Assembly: GCA_949292375.1 (NCBI GenBank)
Contig: CASEZG010000003.1
Coordinates: forward strand, 5,510 to 69,509
Direction of reading: 5' to 3'
DNA length: 64,000 nucleotides
Origin: an uncultured Pseudomonadota bacterium
GTDB taxonomy: Bacteria; Pseudomonadota; Alphaproteobacteria; RF32; CAG-239
The notes below the pieces were generated by a model, which was not told the origin of the DNA, made no database searches, and saw only the letters and a program-made list of their open reading frames with translations. The first letter of the stretch is position 1; the number at the start of each line of letters is the position of its first letter. The translations under genes and the position numbers were made by a program. Shown here piece by piece: positions 46,859 through 55,733 of this stretch.

Positions 46859-47869
46859 ATGGAAGCTTATAAATTTCCGAAACTAAGCACCAATTTTGGT
46901 CTTAAGGTTATGGCTAAAGGTGGTGAAATTTTCAAAAGAGTAGACAACATCACAAAGTGTGAAGCAAAAGGCAACTTTTTGCTTTGCTCAAATGTGGTTG
47001 AAACCGTTACAAGTATCAAAGACGGTCAGATTACATTACTCCCCGTTTTTGAACCAAACAATATCTTTACAGATATCAGTGGGCAGGGCTTCTTGCGTAC
47101 AACGGAGAAGGATGAAGCGGTGGATGCCGTAAAGGCTGCTGAAAGTGGATTGGGATATATCATTGTGCGCAACCGCTTTTTCGAGGAAGCGTGGTTGAAT
47201 GGTAAAAAAGTTCCATTTCCAACAACGTTGTGGAACGAACTTGGTGTCGAATACAAGTTTGTGGATTACAAAGCATACGGTGAAGTATGCAAGCGTATCC
47301 ACGGGTACTACATTGCAAAAAAGGTGGAACCCATTTACGTCTTTGACACAGTTGCCGGAGATAAGGTTCAGGCCGTCATCAACGGCGTGAAAGAGCACGA
47401 AACATATGTAGAGGCTGGTGAAACCAAGGTGCAGAATATGTACCACGGAGAAACCTATAAAATGAAGCTGAAAAAGCTTCGTAAGCTGTATGTCTACGAC
47501 TCAACAACAGCAGGCGGTATCCAGATTTGGAAGCCTCGCGATGAAAAGCAAACGTGGACTTTCACAAACGAAAATGTTTTCGGCGTCTTGTGGGAAGGTT
47601 TTGAATTTCTCGCCAAGGCGATGATAAACATCACCGATCCTGAGGACGTGTACGGCTGTAATTATGAGGTATTCAATGGTAACGACCTTGCTAAAGGCAG
47701 CCATCTAAAACTCAGGTTATTTATGCCTTTGCAGCCGATGCCAAAGACCGTGCTGAATAATCCTGCCGTATATGCCGGAAGTGTTGAGGTTTTGGAGGCA
47801 ATCCCAAAGATGGAAACAGAATACATAGAGGTGCCTCTGCCGATGGACCTTTATGCGAAAATAGGATAA
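46859..47869 (+). CDS. Hypothetical protein (336 aa), orphan
   Basis: Long ORF with coding-like composition, its own terminator, no TM, no signal peptide and no motif I recognise. Confidence 0.6.
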   Translation: MEAYKFPKLSTNFGLKVMAKGGEIFKRVDNITKCEAKGNFLLCSNVVETVTSIKDGQITLLPVFEPNNIFTDISGQGFLRTTEKDEAVDAVKAAESGLGYIIVRNRFFEEAWLNGKKVPFPTTLWNELGVEYKFVDYKAYGEVCKRIHGYYIAKKVEPIYVFDTVAGDKVQAVINGVKEHETYVEAGETKVQNMYHGETYKMKLKKLRKLYVYDSTTAGGIQIWKPRDEKQTWTFTNENVFGVLWEGFEFLAKAMINITDPEDVYGCNYEVFNGNDLAKGSHLKLRLFMPLQPMPKTVLNNPAVYAGSVEVLEAIPKMETEYIEVPLPMDLYAKIG

Positions 47870-47889
47870 TTTGGCAAAAAAAACTCAAA

Positions 47890-47920
47890 GAAGGGCTCTC
47901 GGGAGAGAGCTCTTTTTTTT
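47890..47920 (+). terminator. Rho-independent terminator after the orphan gene
   Basis: GCTCTC-ggga-GAGAGC stem followed by T8. Confidence 0.8.
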
Positions 47921-47951
47921 GTTAAAATTGCTCAATCTTTTCATAAAGCAC

Positions 47952-47980
47952 TTGCAATAATTTTGAGCTGCGTTTAATCT
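47952..47980 (+). promoter_or_regulatory. Candidate sigma-70 promoter of rnpB
   Basis: TTGCAA-N17-TAATCT, ending about 6 nt before the predicted RNA 5' end. Confidence 0.45.
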
Positions 47981-47985
47981 ACCAA

Positions 47986-48372
47986 GAACAGGCGACCGGA
48001 TAGCTGCTTTGCGGAAAGGAAAATCCGCCAAAGAGGAAAGTCCGGGCTTCAAGGAAACAAGATACCGGATAACGTCCGGCCGGAGAAATCCGAGGGAAAG
48101 TGCCGCAGAAATATACCGCCTTTTTTTGAAAAGGTAAGGTTGAAAAGGCGAGGTAAGAGCTCACCGCAAAATCGGCAACGGTTTTGGCAAGGTAAACCCT
48201 ATCTGAAGCAAGACCAAGTTAGGAGGGCTGAGGCTTTGTGCCTTGGTTATACGGAGGGTTTCCACTCTGCTCCAGAGGTAGGTCGCGTTGAGCCGCATAG
48301 TAATATTCGGCCAAGATGAATAGCTATCGCGCCGCAAGGCGTACAGAACCCGGCTTATAGGTCGCCTAAAAA
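47986..48372 (+). ncRNA. rnpB: RNase P RNA (bacterial type A)
   Basis: + strand conserved blocks: GAGGAAAGTCCGGGCTTC, GGTAAGGTTGAAAAGGCGAGGTAAGAGCTCACCGC, GGTAAACCC..GAAGCAAGACCAAG, AGATGAATAGCT and ACAGAACCCGGCTTATAGGTCGCC. P1 pairs AGGCGACC (47990) with GGTCGCCT (48360). Confidence 0.92.
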
Positions 48373-48397
48373 GTTTTTTGTTCATAAGGAGTTGCAT

Positions 48398-49246
48398 ATG
48401 CAGACGACTATATCAAAATCAGTTCAACTAAACGGCATCGGTCTTCATTCCGGCTGTAACGTCACTATGTCAATTCTTCCCGCACCGGCCAATACGGGAA
48501 TAGTTTTTCGCCGTGTTGATTTGCCGAACAAACCAGAGATTAAGGCCTTGTACAGCAATGTTGTTAATACCCAGAATTGCACTTGTTTGGGCGATGCTGA
48601 AGGCAATTTGGTTTCCACCATTGAGCATGTGATGGCGGCGTTATATGTTAAGGGCATAGACAATGCGCTGATAGAAGTCAATAATCAGGAGCTCCCGATT
48701 ATGGATGGCAGCGGTAAAATGTTTTTTGAGGCCTTAAAGGGAGTTGAGCTTAAGGATTTGAGTGCCCCGCGTATGTATCTCAAAGTTAAAAAGGAAGTTT
48801 CTTTTACAGATAAAAACGGCAATACGGCAAGCTTAAAACCGGCCGACAAATTTGCCGTAAATTTTGAGATAGAATTTCCGTCTCAGATTGTTGGGCATCA
48901 GAAGTTCTCGGGCGAGATTACGCCGGAGGTTTTTGAACAAAAAATCGCGCCTTGCCGCACTTTTTGTGAAAAATATCAGGTAGACTATCTTCAATCCATC
49001 GGTCTGGCTAAAGGAGGCAGCTTAGATAATGCGGTGGTTTTGGATGGCGAGCAGATTTTAAACCCCGGTGGTTTTCGTGTCAAAAACGAATGTGTCAACC
49101 ATAAGGTTATGGATGCTATTGGCGATTTGTTCACTTCCGGACATCGTATTTTGGGCGAATTAACAGCTTCCAAGACCGGACATTTTCATAACAATGAGCT
49201 CTTAAAACTTTTGTTCGCCGACAAATCTAATTATGAATTAGTATAA
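48398..49246 (+). CDS. lpxC: UDP-3-O-acyl-N-acetylglucosamine deacetylase
   Basis: ISKSVQLNGIGLHSG.., TIEHVMAAL and HKVMDAIGDL motifs. AAGGAG Shine-Dalgarno 6 nt before ATG 48398. Confidence 0.95.
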   Translation: MQTTISKSVQLNGIGLHSGCNVTMSILPAPANTGIVFRRVDLPNKPEIKALYSNVVNTQNCTCLGDAEGNLVSTIEHVMAALYVKGIDNALIEVNNQELPIMDGSGKMFFEALKGVELKDLSAPRMYLKVKKEVSFTDKNGNTASLKPADKFAVNFEIEFPSQIVGHQKFSGEITPEVFEQKIAPCRTFCEKYQVDYLQSIGLAKGGSLDNAVVLDGEQILNPGGFRVKNECVNHKVMDAIGDLFTSGHRILGELTASKTGHFHNNELLKLLFADKSNYELV

Positions 49247-49256
49247 GGATGAGAGA

Positions 49257-50003
49257 ATGAAAAAGTTAAAACTTTTTTTGGTCTGTGTTTTTTGTTTAGG
49301 TTTAACAGTCGGCTGTTCCTCTACCAAAGAGGTGGAGAAACCGCAAACTGCGGAAGAATTGTACAATCAGGCACATGATGACCTGGACAAGACCTCTTAT
49401 AAAAAAGCTGCCGAAACTTTTGAGAAAGTTGAGCTGGAATATCCATATTCCAAATGGGCGACCAAAGCCAAAATTATGGGAGCTTATGCTTATTACAAGG
49501 ACCAAAAATATGATGACGCCATCTTAAGTCTGGATCGTTTCATCAAGTTTCACCCCGGCAACAAAGACATCGCCTATGCTTATTATCTGAAAGCCCTTTG
49601 CTACTATGAACAAATCACCGGTGTTGAAAAAGACCAAGAAAACACACGCTTGGCTCTGCAGGCTCTGCGTCAGGTTATCACACGTTTCCCGAATACCGAA
49701 TATGCTAAGGATGCCTCGCTCAAGCTGGAGCTGACTTATGACCACTTGGCCGGCAAAGAGATGGAAGTCGGACGTTATTATCTTAAACAAGACAACTATC
49801 TTTCCGCTTTGAACAGATTTTCGGTAGTGGTTAATGATTATCAGATGACCTCGCATATTGAGGAAGCCTTGTATCGTCAGGTAGAGATTTATACGATTTT
49901 GGGTTTAAGCCAAGAGGCCAATCAGGCATATCGGGTTTTGGAATATAACTATCCCAAGAGCAAATGGACCAAAGCCGCCCGCAAGGTGCTAAAAATAAAA
50001 TAA
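49257..50003 (+). CDS. bamD: Outer membrane protein assembly factor BamD
   Basis: Lipobox LTVGC, TPR-like YfiO repeats and lpxC-bamD-recN synteny. Confidence 0.9.
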   Translation: MKKLKLFLVCVFCLGLTVGCSSTKEVEKPQTAEELYNQAHDDLDKTSYKKAAETFEKVELEYPYSKWATKAKIMGAYAYYKDQKYDDAILSLDRFIKFHPGNKDIAYAYYLKALCYYEQITGVEKDQENTRLALQALRQVITRFPNTEYAKDASLKLELTYDHLAGKEMEVGRYYLKQDNYLSALNRFSVVVNDYQMTSHIEEALYRQVEIYTILGLSQEANQAYRVLEYNYPKSKWTKAARKVLKIK

Positions 50004-50011
50004 GGTAAACA

Positions 50012-51676
50012 ATGCTTCAATCGCTCTCAATTCGCAATGTGGTTTTAATAGACAAGCTGGATTTGGACTTCAAATCCGGCTTAAGCGTTTTGACGGGTGA
50101 AACCGGCGCCGGAAAATCCATTTTACTGGATTCTCTGGGTTTGGTGCTTGGCAATAGGGCGGAAACTTCGCTCATTCGCCAAGGCGAGGATAAGTTGAGC
50201 GTAACCGCCACTTTTGAGGTGAAGGATAAGAATAATCCGCTTTTTGCGCTGTGTGAGGAATATGAGCTTGAGGCAGATGACGAAATAACCATCAAGAGAA
50301 GCCTGAATAAAGACGGCAAGGGCAAAATATTTTTCAACGACCAACCCATAAGTGCCAAACTATTAAAAGAGCTGGGCAAATATCTGGTAGAGGTTCACGG
50401 ACAGTTTGACAATCAAGGTTTGCTTAATCCCGCCAATCATCGAGATGTTTTGGATGCTTATGCCGGATATAAAAATCTTTTGGTAGAGGTAAAAGAAAAA
50501 TTTGCAAACTACAAAAAAGCCAAAGCGGCAAGGTTGGAGGCGGAGAATAACGTTGCCAAAGCCAAAAGCGATGAAGATGCCTTGCGTCATTGGGTGGATG
50601 AGCTGGAAAAGTTAAACCCCGAAAAAGGCGAAGAAGAGAGCCTGAGCAAAAAACGTCTGGAGATGATGAACGCCGAAAAAATCATTGAGAGCTTGAGTTA
50701 TGCTTATGGTGCACTGACACAAGGCGCAGATGTGCAGTCAGCCATACGTCAGGCGCAATCAGCCATGGACAAGGCCAATAGCTTGGTAGAAGGTAAATAT
50801 GACGACATTGTCAATATGCTGGAGCAGGCTTTGATAGATGTGAACGAGGCTGTCAATGAGTTGGAGGAGGCCTCACAAAACGTGAGCTTAAACCAAAACG
50901 AGCTGGAAAATATTGAAAGCCGCTTATTTGCTTTAAGAGGTTTGGCGCGCAAACATCAAACCACCATAGACGACTTACCGGATGTTTTGGCAGACTTTAA
51001 GCATAGATTATCAACCATAGAGCTTGGGGAGGAGGGTATAAACGAACTCCGCCGCGCCGAAGAACAAGCTAAGACAGATTATATTAAAGCGGCAACGGAA
51101 TTAAGCTCGCGCCGCAAGGCTGTAGCATTGCAGTTGGATAATCAGGTTATGGCCGAGTTGCCGCCGTTAAAAATGGAAAAAGCCCGCTTTGTAACCATTG
51201 TTGAAAAATTAGACGAGAGTGCTTGGAACGAGAGCGGCTTTGATAATGTTTATTTCACGGTTGCCACAAACCCGAACTCGCCGCAAGGCCCGATTAACAA
51301 AATAGCCTCAGGCGGTGAGCTGGCCAGATTTATGTTGGCCTTAAAGGTTAACTTGGCACAAAGTTCGTCGGTTTCTACCATGATTTTTGATGAGGTTGAT
51401 GCCGGTGTCGGCGGAGCCACGGCTCAGGCTGTGGGCGAGAGATTAGCCCGCTTGGCGCATGATGTTCAGGTCTTGGTTGTAACCCATTCGCCACAGGTTG
51501 CCTCCCGCGGCAATCATCATTTTAAGGTGGAGAAAAACACGGTCGAGAACATAACCACCACCAAAGTTCGCGAGTTAAACGACATTGAACGGCATGAGGA
51601 AATTGCCCGTATGCTTGCCGGAGAGAAAATCACCGACGAAGCAAGAGCGGCAGCCAGAGTTTTAATCGGTGCATAG
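50012..51676 (+). CDS. recN: DNA repair protein RecN
   Basis: N-terminal Walker A GETGAGKSIL, a long coiled coil and a C-terminal signature SGGELARFMLAL..FDEVDAGVGG. Confidence 0.96.
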   Translation: MLQSLSIRNVVLIDKLDLDFKSGLSVLTGETGAGKSILLDSLGLVLGNRAETSLIRQGEDKLSVTATFEVKDKNNPLFALCEEYELEADDEITIKRSLNKDGKGKIFFNDQPISAKLLKELGKYLVEVHGQFDNQGLLNPANHRDVLDAYAGYKNLLVEVKEKFANYKKAKAARLEAENNVAKAKSDEDALRHWVDELEKLNPEKGEEESLSKKRLEMMNAEKIIESLSYAYGALTQGADVQSAIRQAQSAMDKANSLVEGKYDDIVNMLEQALIDVNEAVNELEEASQNVSLNQNELENIESRLFALRGLARKHQTTIDDLPDVLADFKHRLSTIELGEEGINELRRAEEQAKTDYIKAATELSSRRKAVALQLDNQVMAELPPLKMEKARFVTIVEKLDESAWNESGFDNVYFTVATNPNSPQGPINKIASGGELARFMLALKVNLAQSSSVSTMIFDEVDAGVGGATAQAVGERLARLAHDVQVLVVTHSPQVASRGNHHFKVEKNTVENITTTKVRELNDIERHEEIARMLAGEKITDEARAAARVLIGA

Positions 51677-51791
51677 GTCTTGCATTAAAGGGCAAATTGC
51701 CTTATATCAATCTCAAATATTATCATTTTATAAATAAATTTATGCTATTTTCACATTAAATTCAGATTCTTACAAGAAAGAGGAAAAGTAC

Positions 51792-52799
51792 ATGACAAAA
51801 GTTGCAGTTGTCGGCGTAATGGAAAGTGTCGGCAGAGAAATTTTGAGCTTTTTGGAAGCAGATGGTATTAAAGCAAAAGATGTTTTTGCGTTGGAGCCCA
51901 AATGCCCGATGGGTAATCAGGTATCTTACGGCGAAGATGATGAGTTGGATGTCTTAAACTTGGATGATTTTGATTTTTCTAAGACCGATGTTGCTATTTT
52001 TGCAGGCAATGCGGAGACCTCCAAACGTTTTGTAAAAAAAGCGGCGCAGCATGCCAAGGTCATAGATTGCACGGATGCTTTTTTTGCCGAACCGGATGTT
52101 CCGATGATTATTGCCGGTTTGAATGATGAACAAATCGCTTCTGCTAAGCACAATATTGTGTCCTTGCCTTCGGCAATGGTAACCCAAATGCTTTTGCCGA
52201 TAGAAAAGGTTATCAAGAACAACAAAATAAAGCGTATTGTCGTTTCGGCATATATTTCCGCTTCGGTTTATGGCAAGGACGGAATGGATGAACTGTTTAA
52301 CCAGACCCGCAAAATTTTTATGAACGAAACTTTGGTTGACGACCAACAAGTTTTCCATAAACAAATAGCTTTTAATGTCATTCCGCAAGTGGGTGAGTTC
52401 ATCGGTGAGGAGACGCAGTGCGAATGGTCAATGAATGCCGAAACCAAAAAGATTTTGGGCGGAGATATCAAGGTTCATGCCAATTGCGCGATTGTTCCGG
52501 CATTTATTGGTGCGGCACAGTTTGTAAACGTCGAATGCGAACAAGATGTAGATGTCGATACTGTCCGCAGTGATATGAAGTCAGCCAAAGGCATAGTTGT
52601 TTTTGATAAGAATGTGGAAGGCGGTTATGTCAGCTTGACCGATGTTCAGGGCGAAGACGAGATTTATGTAAGCCGCCTGCGTCAGGATGCCTCGGTTGAA
52701 AACGGTTTTAGCTTTTGGTCAGTTGCGGACAACTTGCGTGTCGGCGTTGCAAAAAATGCTTTTGAAATAATGAAACAAATCTTGGCAGAAAAGAACTAA
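51792..52799 (+). CDS. Aspartate-semialdehyde dehydrogenase-like protein lacking catalytic residues
   Basis: Collinear with B. subtilis-type Asd (QIAFNVIPQV, ETKKIL, FWSVADNLRVG). Differences: GATGAVG becomes GVMESVG, NPNCST becomes LPSAMV, CVRVP becomes CAIVP, and GHSE becomes GAAQ. Confidence 0.8.
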   Translation: MTKVAVVGVMESVGREILSFLEADGIKAKDVFALEPKCPMGNQVSYGEDDELDVLNLDDFDFSKTDVAIFAGNAETSKRFVKKAAQHAKVIDCTDAFFAEPDVPMIIAGLNDEQIASAKHNIVSLPSAMVTQMLLPIEKVIKNNKIKRIVVSAYISASVYGKDGMDELFNQTRKIFMNETLVDDQQVFHKQIAFNVIPQVGEFIGEETQCEWSMNAETKKILGGDIKVHANCAIVPAFIGAAQFVNVECEQDVDVDTVRSDMKSAKGIVVFDKNVEGGYVSLTDVQGEDEIYVSRLRQDASVENGFSFWSVADNLRVGVAKNAFEIMKQILAEKN

Positions 52800-52821
52800 A
52801 CCCTATTAAAGGAACCCTCTG

Positions 52822-55272
52822 ATGAAAAAACTGTTAAGCCTTTTACTTGTTGCTCTCTTGGTTAATGTTTCGGGAGCTTTTGCGGCAGACAAAACTTCGG
52901 TTGATGCCGTAACCGAGTTGGTGGATGTTTATAATACACCTGAAATAAACTACCCCAAAACAAGTAAAAAGCTGCAGCAGATAGAGGAAATGCTTAAAAG
53001 CGGTCAGGTTTCCATTAAACAGATGTCTGAAGAAGTCAGTTTTTTGGATGAAACCAGAGGGAAACTTATGGTCGCCCGCAAGAGCATAGAACAAGAATTG
53101 ACCTTCGTTCAAAAGAGAATAGAGGCTTTAGGTACAGCGCCGGAGGATGGCAGTCAAGAATTAAAAGTCATTGCTCAGAAAAGAGAGGAGTTTGGCAAAG
53201 AGGAAGCCTATCAAAAGGGTAAACTTGCGGAAGCAGATGTCTTGCTGACCAAAATAGATGAACTGAATGCGCTAATATTAGACATCCGTAACAAGGAGCT
53301 TTTGGGTAGTTTGCTAACCAAACAGACACCGCTTTATTATCCGAGTGTTTTGTTGGGGGCATCCAAGCAGTTCGTTGAATTTGTTTTTGATATTATACGT
53401 TCACCTGTTTCATGGTACGGAGAACTCAATGCCGAGCAGCGAGAATATGTCAAGTCAAACATTATTCCGGTCGGTTTTACGGTGCTGTTTTCTTTGTGGT
53501 TTGGTATTTGGTTACGTTTATTCATTATGCGCCGCTTTGGCTATAAAAAAGAAGAAGAACATCCGAGATATGGTAAAAAAGTTTTTGCTGCTGTTTTTGT
53601 TGCCATTGCTTACGGTGTAATTCCGTCATCAATTATTATCGGATTTTTAATCTGGATAATCAGTACAAAAGTTTTGACCATAGGCTTTTTCGGCCTGACT
53701 TTGGCAAGTTTCTTGTATTACTCACTCTTTGTTATTATGGCGGCGGCATTTTCGCGCGTAACTTTTGCACCATATAATGAAAAATGGCGTCTTGTAAACA
53801 TCAGCAATGATAAAGCCAAACGCATAACCAAGGCCTTATACTTCAGTGCCTATGCTATCGGCATAGCCTCTTTTCTGGAACATATTGCCGTAACAGCTAA
53901 TTATGGTCTTGAGTTAAACTATTTCATAACGGTATTATCAAATGCGGTAAAGGCTTTCTGTATTATCCTGATTGTCAAAAGAGTCATCTGGGATGATGAA
54001 ATGGTGCGAGATGATATTGCCGATGAAACATCGGAAACGGAAGAAGATGAAGGGCTAAGTCCGGCCTTTAAGATTACATTTTTTGTATCATTATTTGCGG
54101 TAGGCGTCTTTTTGATAGCTGTCATCGGATATCCCAAACTTTCAGCCTTCATTTTAGACCGCTCTATTTTGACAGCAATAGTCATTGGCTTTTTTATCGT
54201 TTTGCGCAAGGCTTTATCAGAAGTTATGCATCGTGTTTTGATGTTACGCTTTTGGGTCAAAACCTTTAAGATGCGCCGTCGCATGCTTTCCAAAATCGAT
54301 TTCTGGATGAGCCTGATAATAGATCCGATGATGGTTTTGTTGGTAGCTTTTGTATTGTTGTCGCTCTGGGGTGTCTCAACAGATTTATTGTTACGTAGCA
54401 TTAAGAAACTGTTTTTTGGTTTTCAGGTCGGCGGTGTTAATATATCTTTAATTGCCATAATCTTTGCTATATTGGCATTTTTTATCTCTTTGGCAGCTGT
54501 AAAAGCATTAAGAGGGCGTTTAGTCAACAACGTTCTCGCAAAGATGGATATTGATGATGGTATCAAGCACTCATTGTCATCAGGCTTTAGCTTTGTTGGC
54601 TTTATACTGGCAGCAATTATTGCCATTACCGTAATGGGCGGCAACTTATCCAATCTGGCCTTGATTGCATCAGCCTTATCCGTTGGTATCGGTTTTGGTT
54701 TGCAGAACGTAATTAACAACTTTGTATCAGGTATCATCATTTTATTTGAGCGTCCGTTCAAGGTTGGCGATTGGGTAATCGTAAACAATGAGGAAGGCCG
54801 GATTAAGCAAATAAACATTCGTTCAACCGAAATAGAAACTTTTAAGAAGACGAGTATTATCATTCCGAATGCGACATTAATTTCAAATTCCGTAACAAAC
54901 TTGACCCACGGCAATAACTGGTCGCGTCAATCTGTTACGGTAGGTGTTGCTTATGGTACGGATGTAGATAAGGTAAAGCAGATTTTGCTTGAGTGTGCAG
55001 CAAAATGTAAATATGTTTTGAAAAACCCTGCGCCTTATGTCTTGTTTAAAGATTTTGGGCCGTCTAGCCTGGATTTTGAGGTCAGATGTTATACCAATGA
55101 TATCTGGAATGGTTGGATAATTCCGAGCGATTTAAGAACTGAGATTAATAAGAGGTTCATAGATGAGGGCATAGAAATACCGTTCCAGCAGATGGTTATT
55201 CACCAAGGTGAGAAAGTTGCCCCTGAGGAGCAGTTCTATGCCAAAAGAAAAGTTAAGAAAGAAGAAAAGTAA
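52822..55272 (+). CDS. MscS-family mechanosensitive channel (MscK/KefA-like, long form)
   Basis: Signal peptide, a periplasmic coiled-coil domain, about 10 TMs and a C-terminal MscS core (GFGLQNVINNFVSGIIILFERPFKVGDWV). Confidence 0.9.
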   Translation: MKKLLSLLLVALLVNVSGAFAADKTSVDAVTELVDVYNTPEINYPKTSKKLQQIEEMLKSGQVSIKQMSEEVSFLDETRGKLMVARKSIEQELTFVQKRIEALGTAPEDGSQELKVIAQKREEFGKEEAYQKGKLAEADVLLTKIDELNALILDIRNKELLGSLLTKQTPLYYPSVLLGASKQFVEFVFDIIRSPVSWYGELNAEQREYVKSNIIPVGFTVLFSLWFGIWLRLFIMRRFGYKKEEEHPRYGKKVFAAVFVAIAYGVIPSSIIIGFLIWIISTKVLTIGFFGLTLASFLYYSLFVIMAAAFSRVTFAPYNEKWRLVNISNDKAKRITKALYFSAYAIGIASFLEHIAVTANYGLELNYFITVLSNAVKAFCIILIVKRVIWDDEMVRDDIADETSETEEDEGLSPAFKITFFVSLFAVGVFLIAVIGYPKLSAFILDRSILTAIVIGFFIVLRKALSEVMHRVLMLRFWVKTFKMRRRMLSKIDFWMSLIIDPMMVLLVAFVLLSLWGVSTDLLLRSIKKLFFGFQVGGVNISLIAIIFAILAFFISLAAVKALRGRLVNNVLAKMDIDDGIKHSLSSGFSFVGFILAAIIAITVMGGNLSNLALIASALSVGIGFGLQNVINNFVSGIIILFERPFKVGDWVIVNNEEGRIKQINIRSTEIETFKKTSIIIPNATLISNSVTNLTHGNNWSRQSVTVGVAYGTDVDKVKQILLECAAKCKYVLKNPAPYVLFKDFGPSSLDFEVRCYTNDIWNGWIIPSDLRTEINKRFIDEGIEIPFQQMVIHQGEKVAPEEQFYAKRKVKKEEK

Positions 55273-55313
55273 TGCTTGCAAAATAAAAAAAGCGTGATAA
55301 AAGAATAAGCGTT

Positions 55314-55389
<76 letters not shown>

Positions 55390-55391
55390 CT

Positions 55392-55421
55392 AAAAAAGCC
55401 TCCCTTGTGGAGGCTTTTTTA
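55392..55421 (+). terminator. Terminator after tRNA-Thr (copy 1 of a duplicated 34-bp module)
   Basis: AGCCTCC-cttgt-GGAGGCT flanked by A6 and T6. The same module recurs at 55643-55677. Confidence 0.85.
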
Positions 55422-55443
55422 GTGGTGATGATAATAAAGACAG

Positions 55444-55481
55444 CTCGAACTACCGAAGGTAGTTTGAGTTACTAACCGCAC
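55444..55481 (+). other. Degenerate duplicate of the tRNA-Thr 3' end (att-scar-like)
   Basis: CTCGAACTACC is the exact reverse complement of the tRNA T-arm 11-mer. It is followed by gaa, then GGTAGTTTGAGTTACTAACCGCAC, which matches tRNA 3' GGTAGTTCGAGTCTACTAACCGGCAC with 1 substitution and 2 deletions. Confidence 0.7.
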
Positions 55482-55642
55482 AAAGCTAAAAAATGCCCCT
55501 GATGGTGCTTTTTTTAGCTTTGTGAAAAGAACTTGTTGATTTGTGAAGCCGCGACAGCGAGCAAAACAAATGCTACAAGTATCTTTGACCGAAACGCAGT
55601 TAGTTTTGCAATAATAAGCAAAACTTACGAAGTTAGAGCCAT

Positions 55643-55677
55643 TAAAAAAGCCTCCCTTGTGGAGGCTTTTTTTAGTG
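55643..55677. repeat. Copy 2 of the terminator module, nested in a CTTACGAAGT/ACTTCGTAAG inverted repeat
   Basis: TAAAAAAGCCTCCCTTGTGGAGGCTTTTTTTAGTG is identical to 55391-55424 apart from one extra T. It probably terminates the - strand gene at 55734-56342. Confidence 0.85.
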
Positions 55678-55733
55678 AATATTACTTCGTAAGTCTCGCT
55701 TCTATCAAGCTCAAACAACCAAGAAAGTAATAT

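Noticed and set aside
47979-48397. Two - strand ORFs (61 aa and 78 aa) between the orphan gene and lpxC.
   Set aside because: The region is RNase P RNA on the + strand, with all conserved blocks present. The ORFs are artefacts.
55419-55730. ORFs of 99 aa (-) and 65 aa (+) in the tRNA-Thr flank.
   Set aside because: They span terminator hairpins and the pseudo-tRNA fragment and have no Shine-Dalgarno. The region is repeat/scar DNA.
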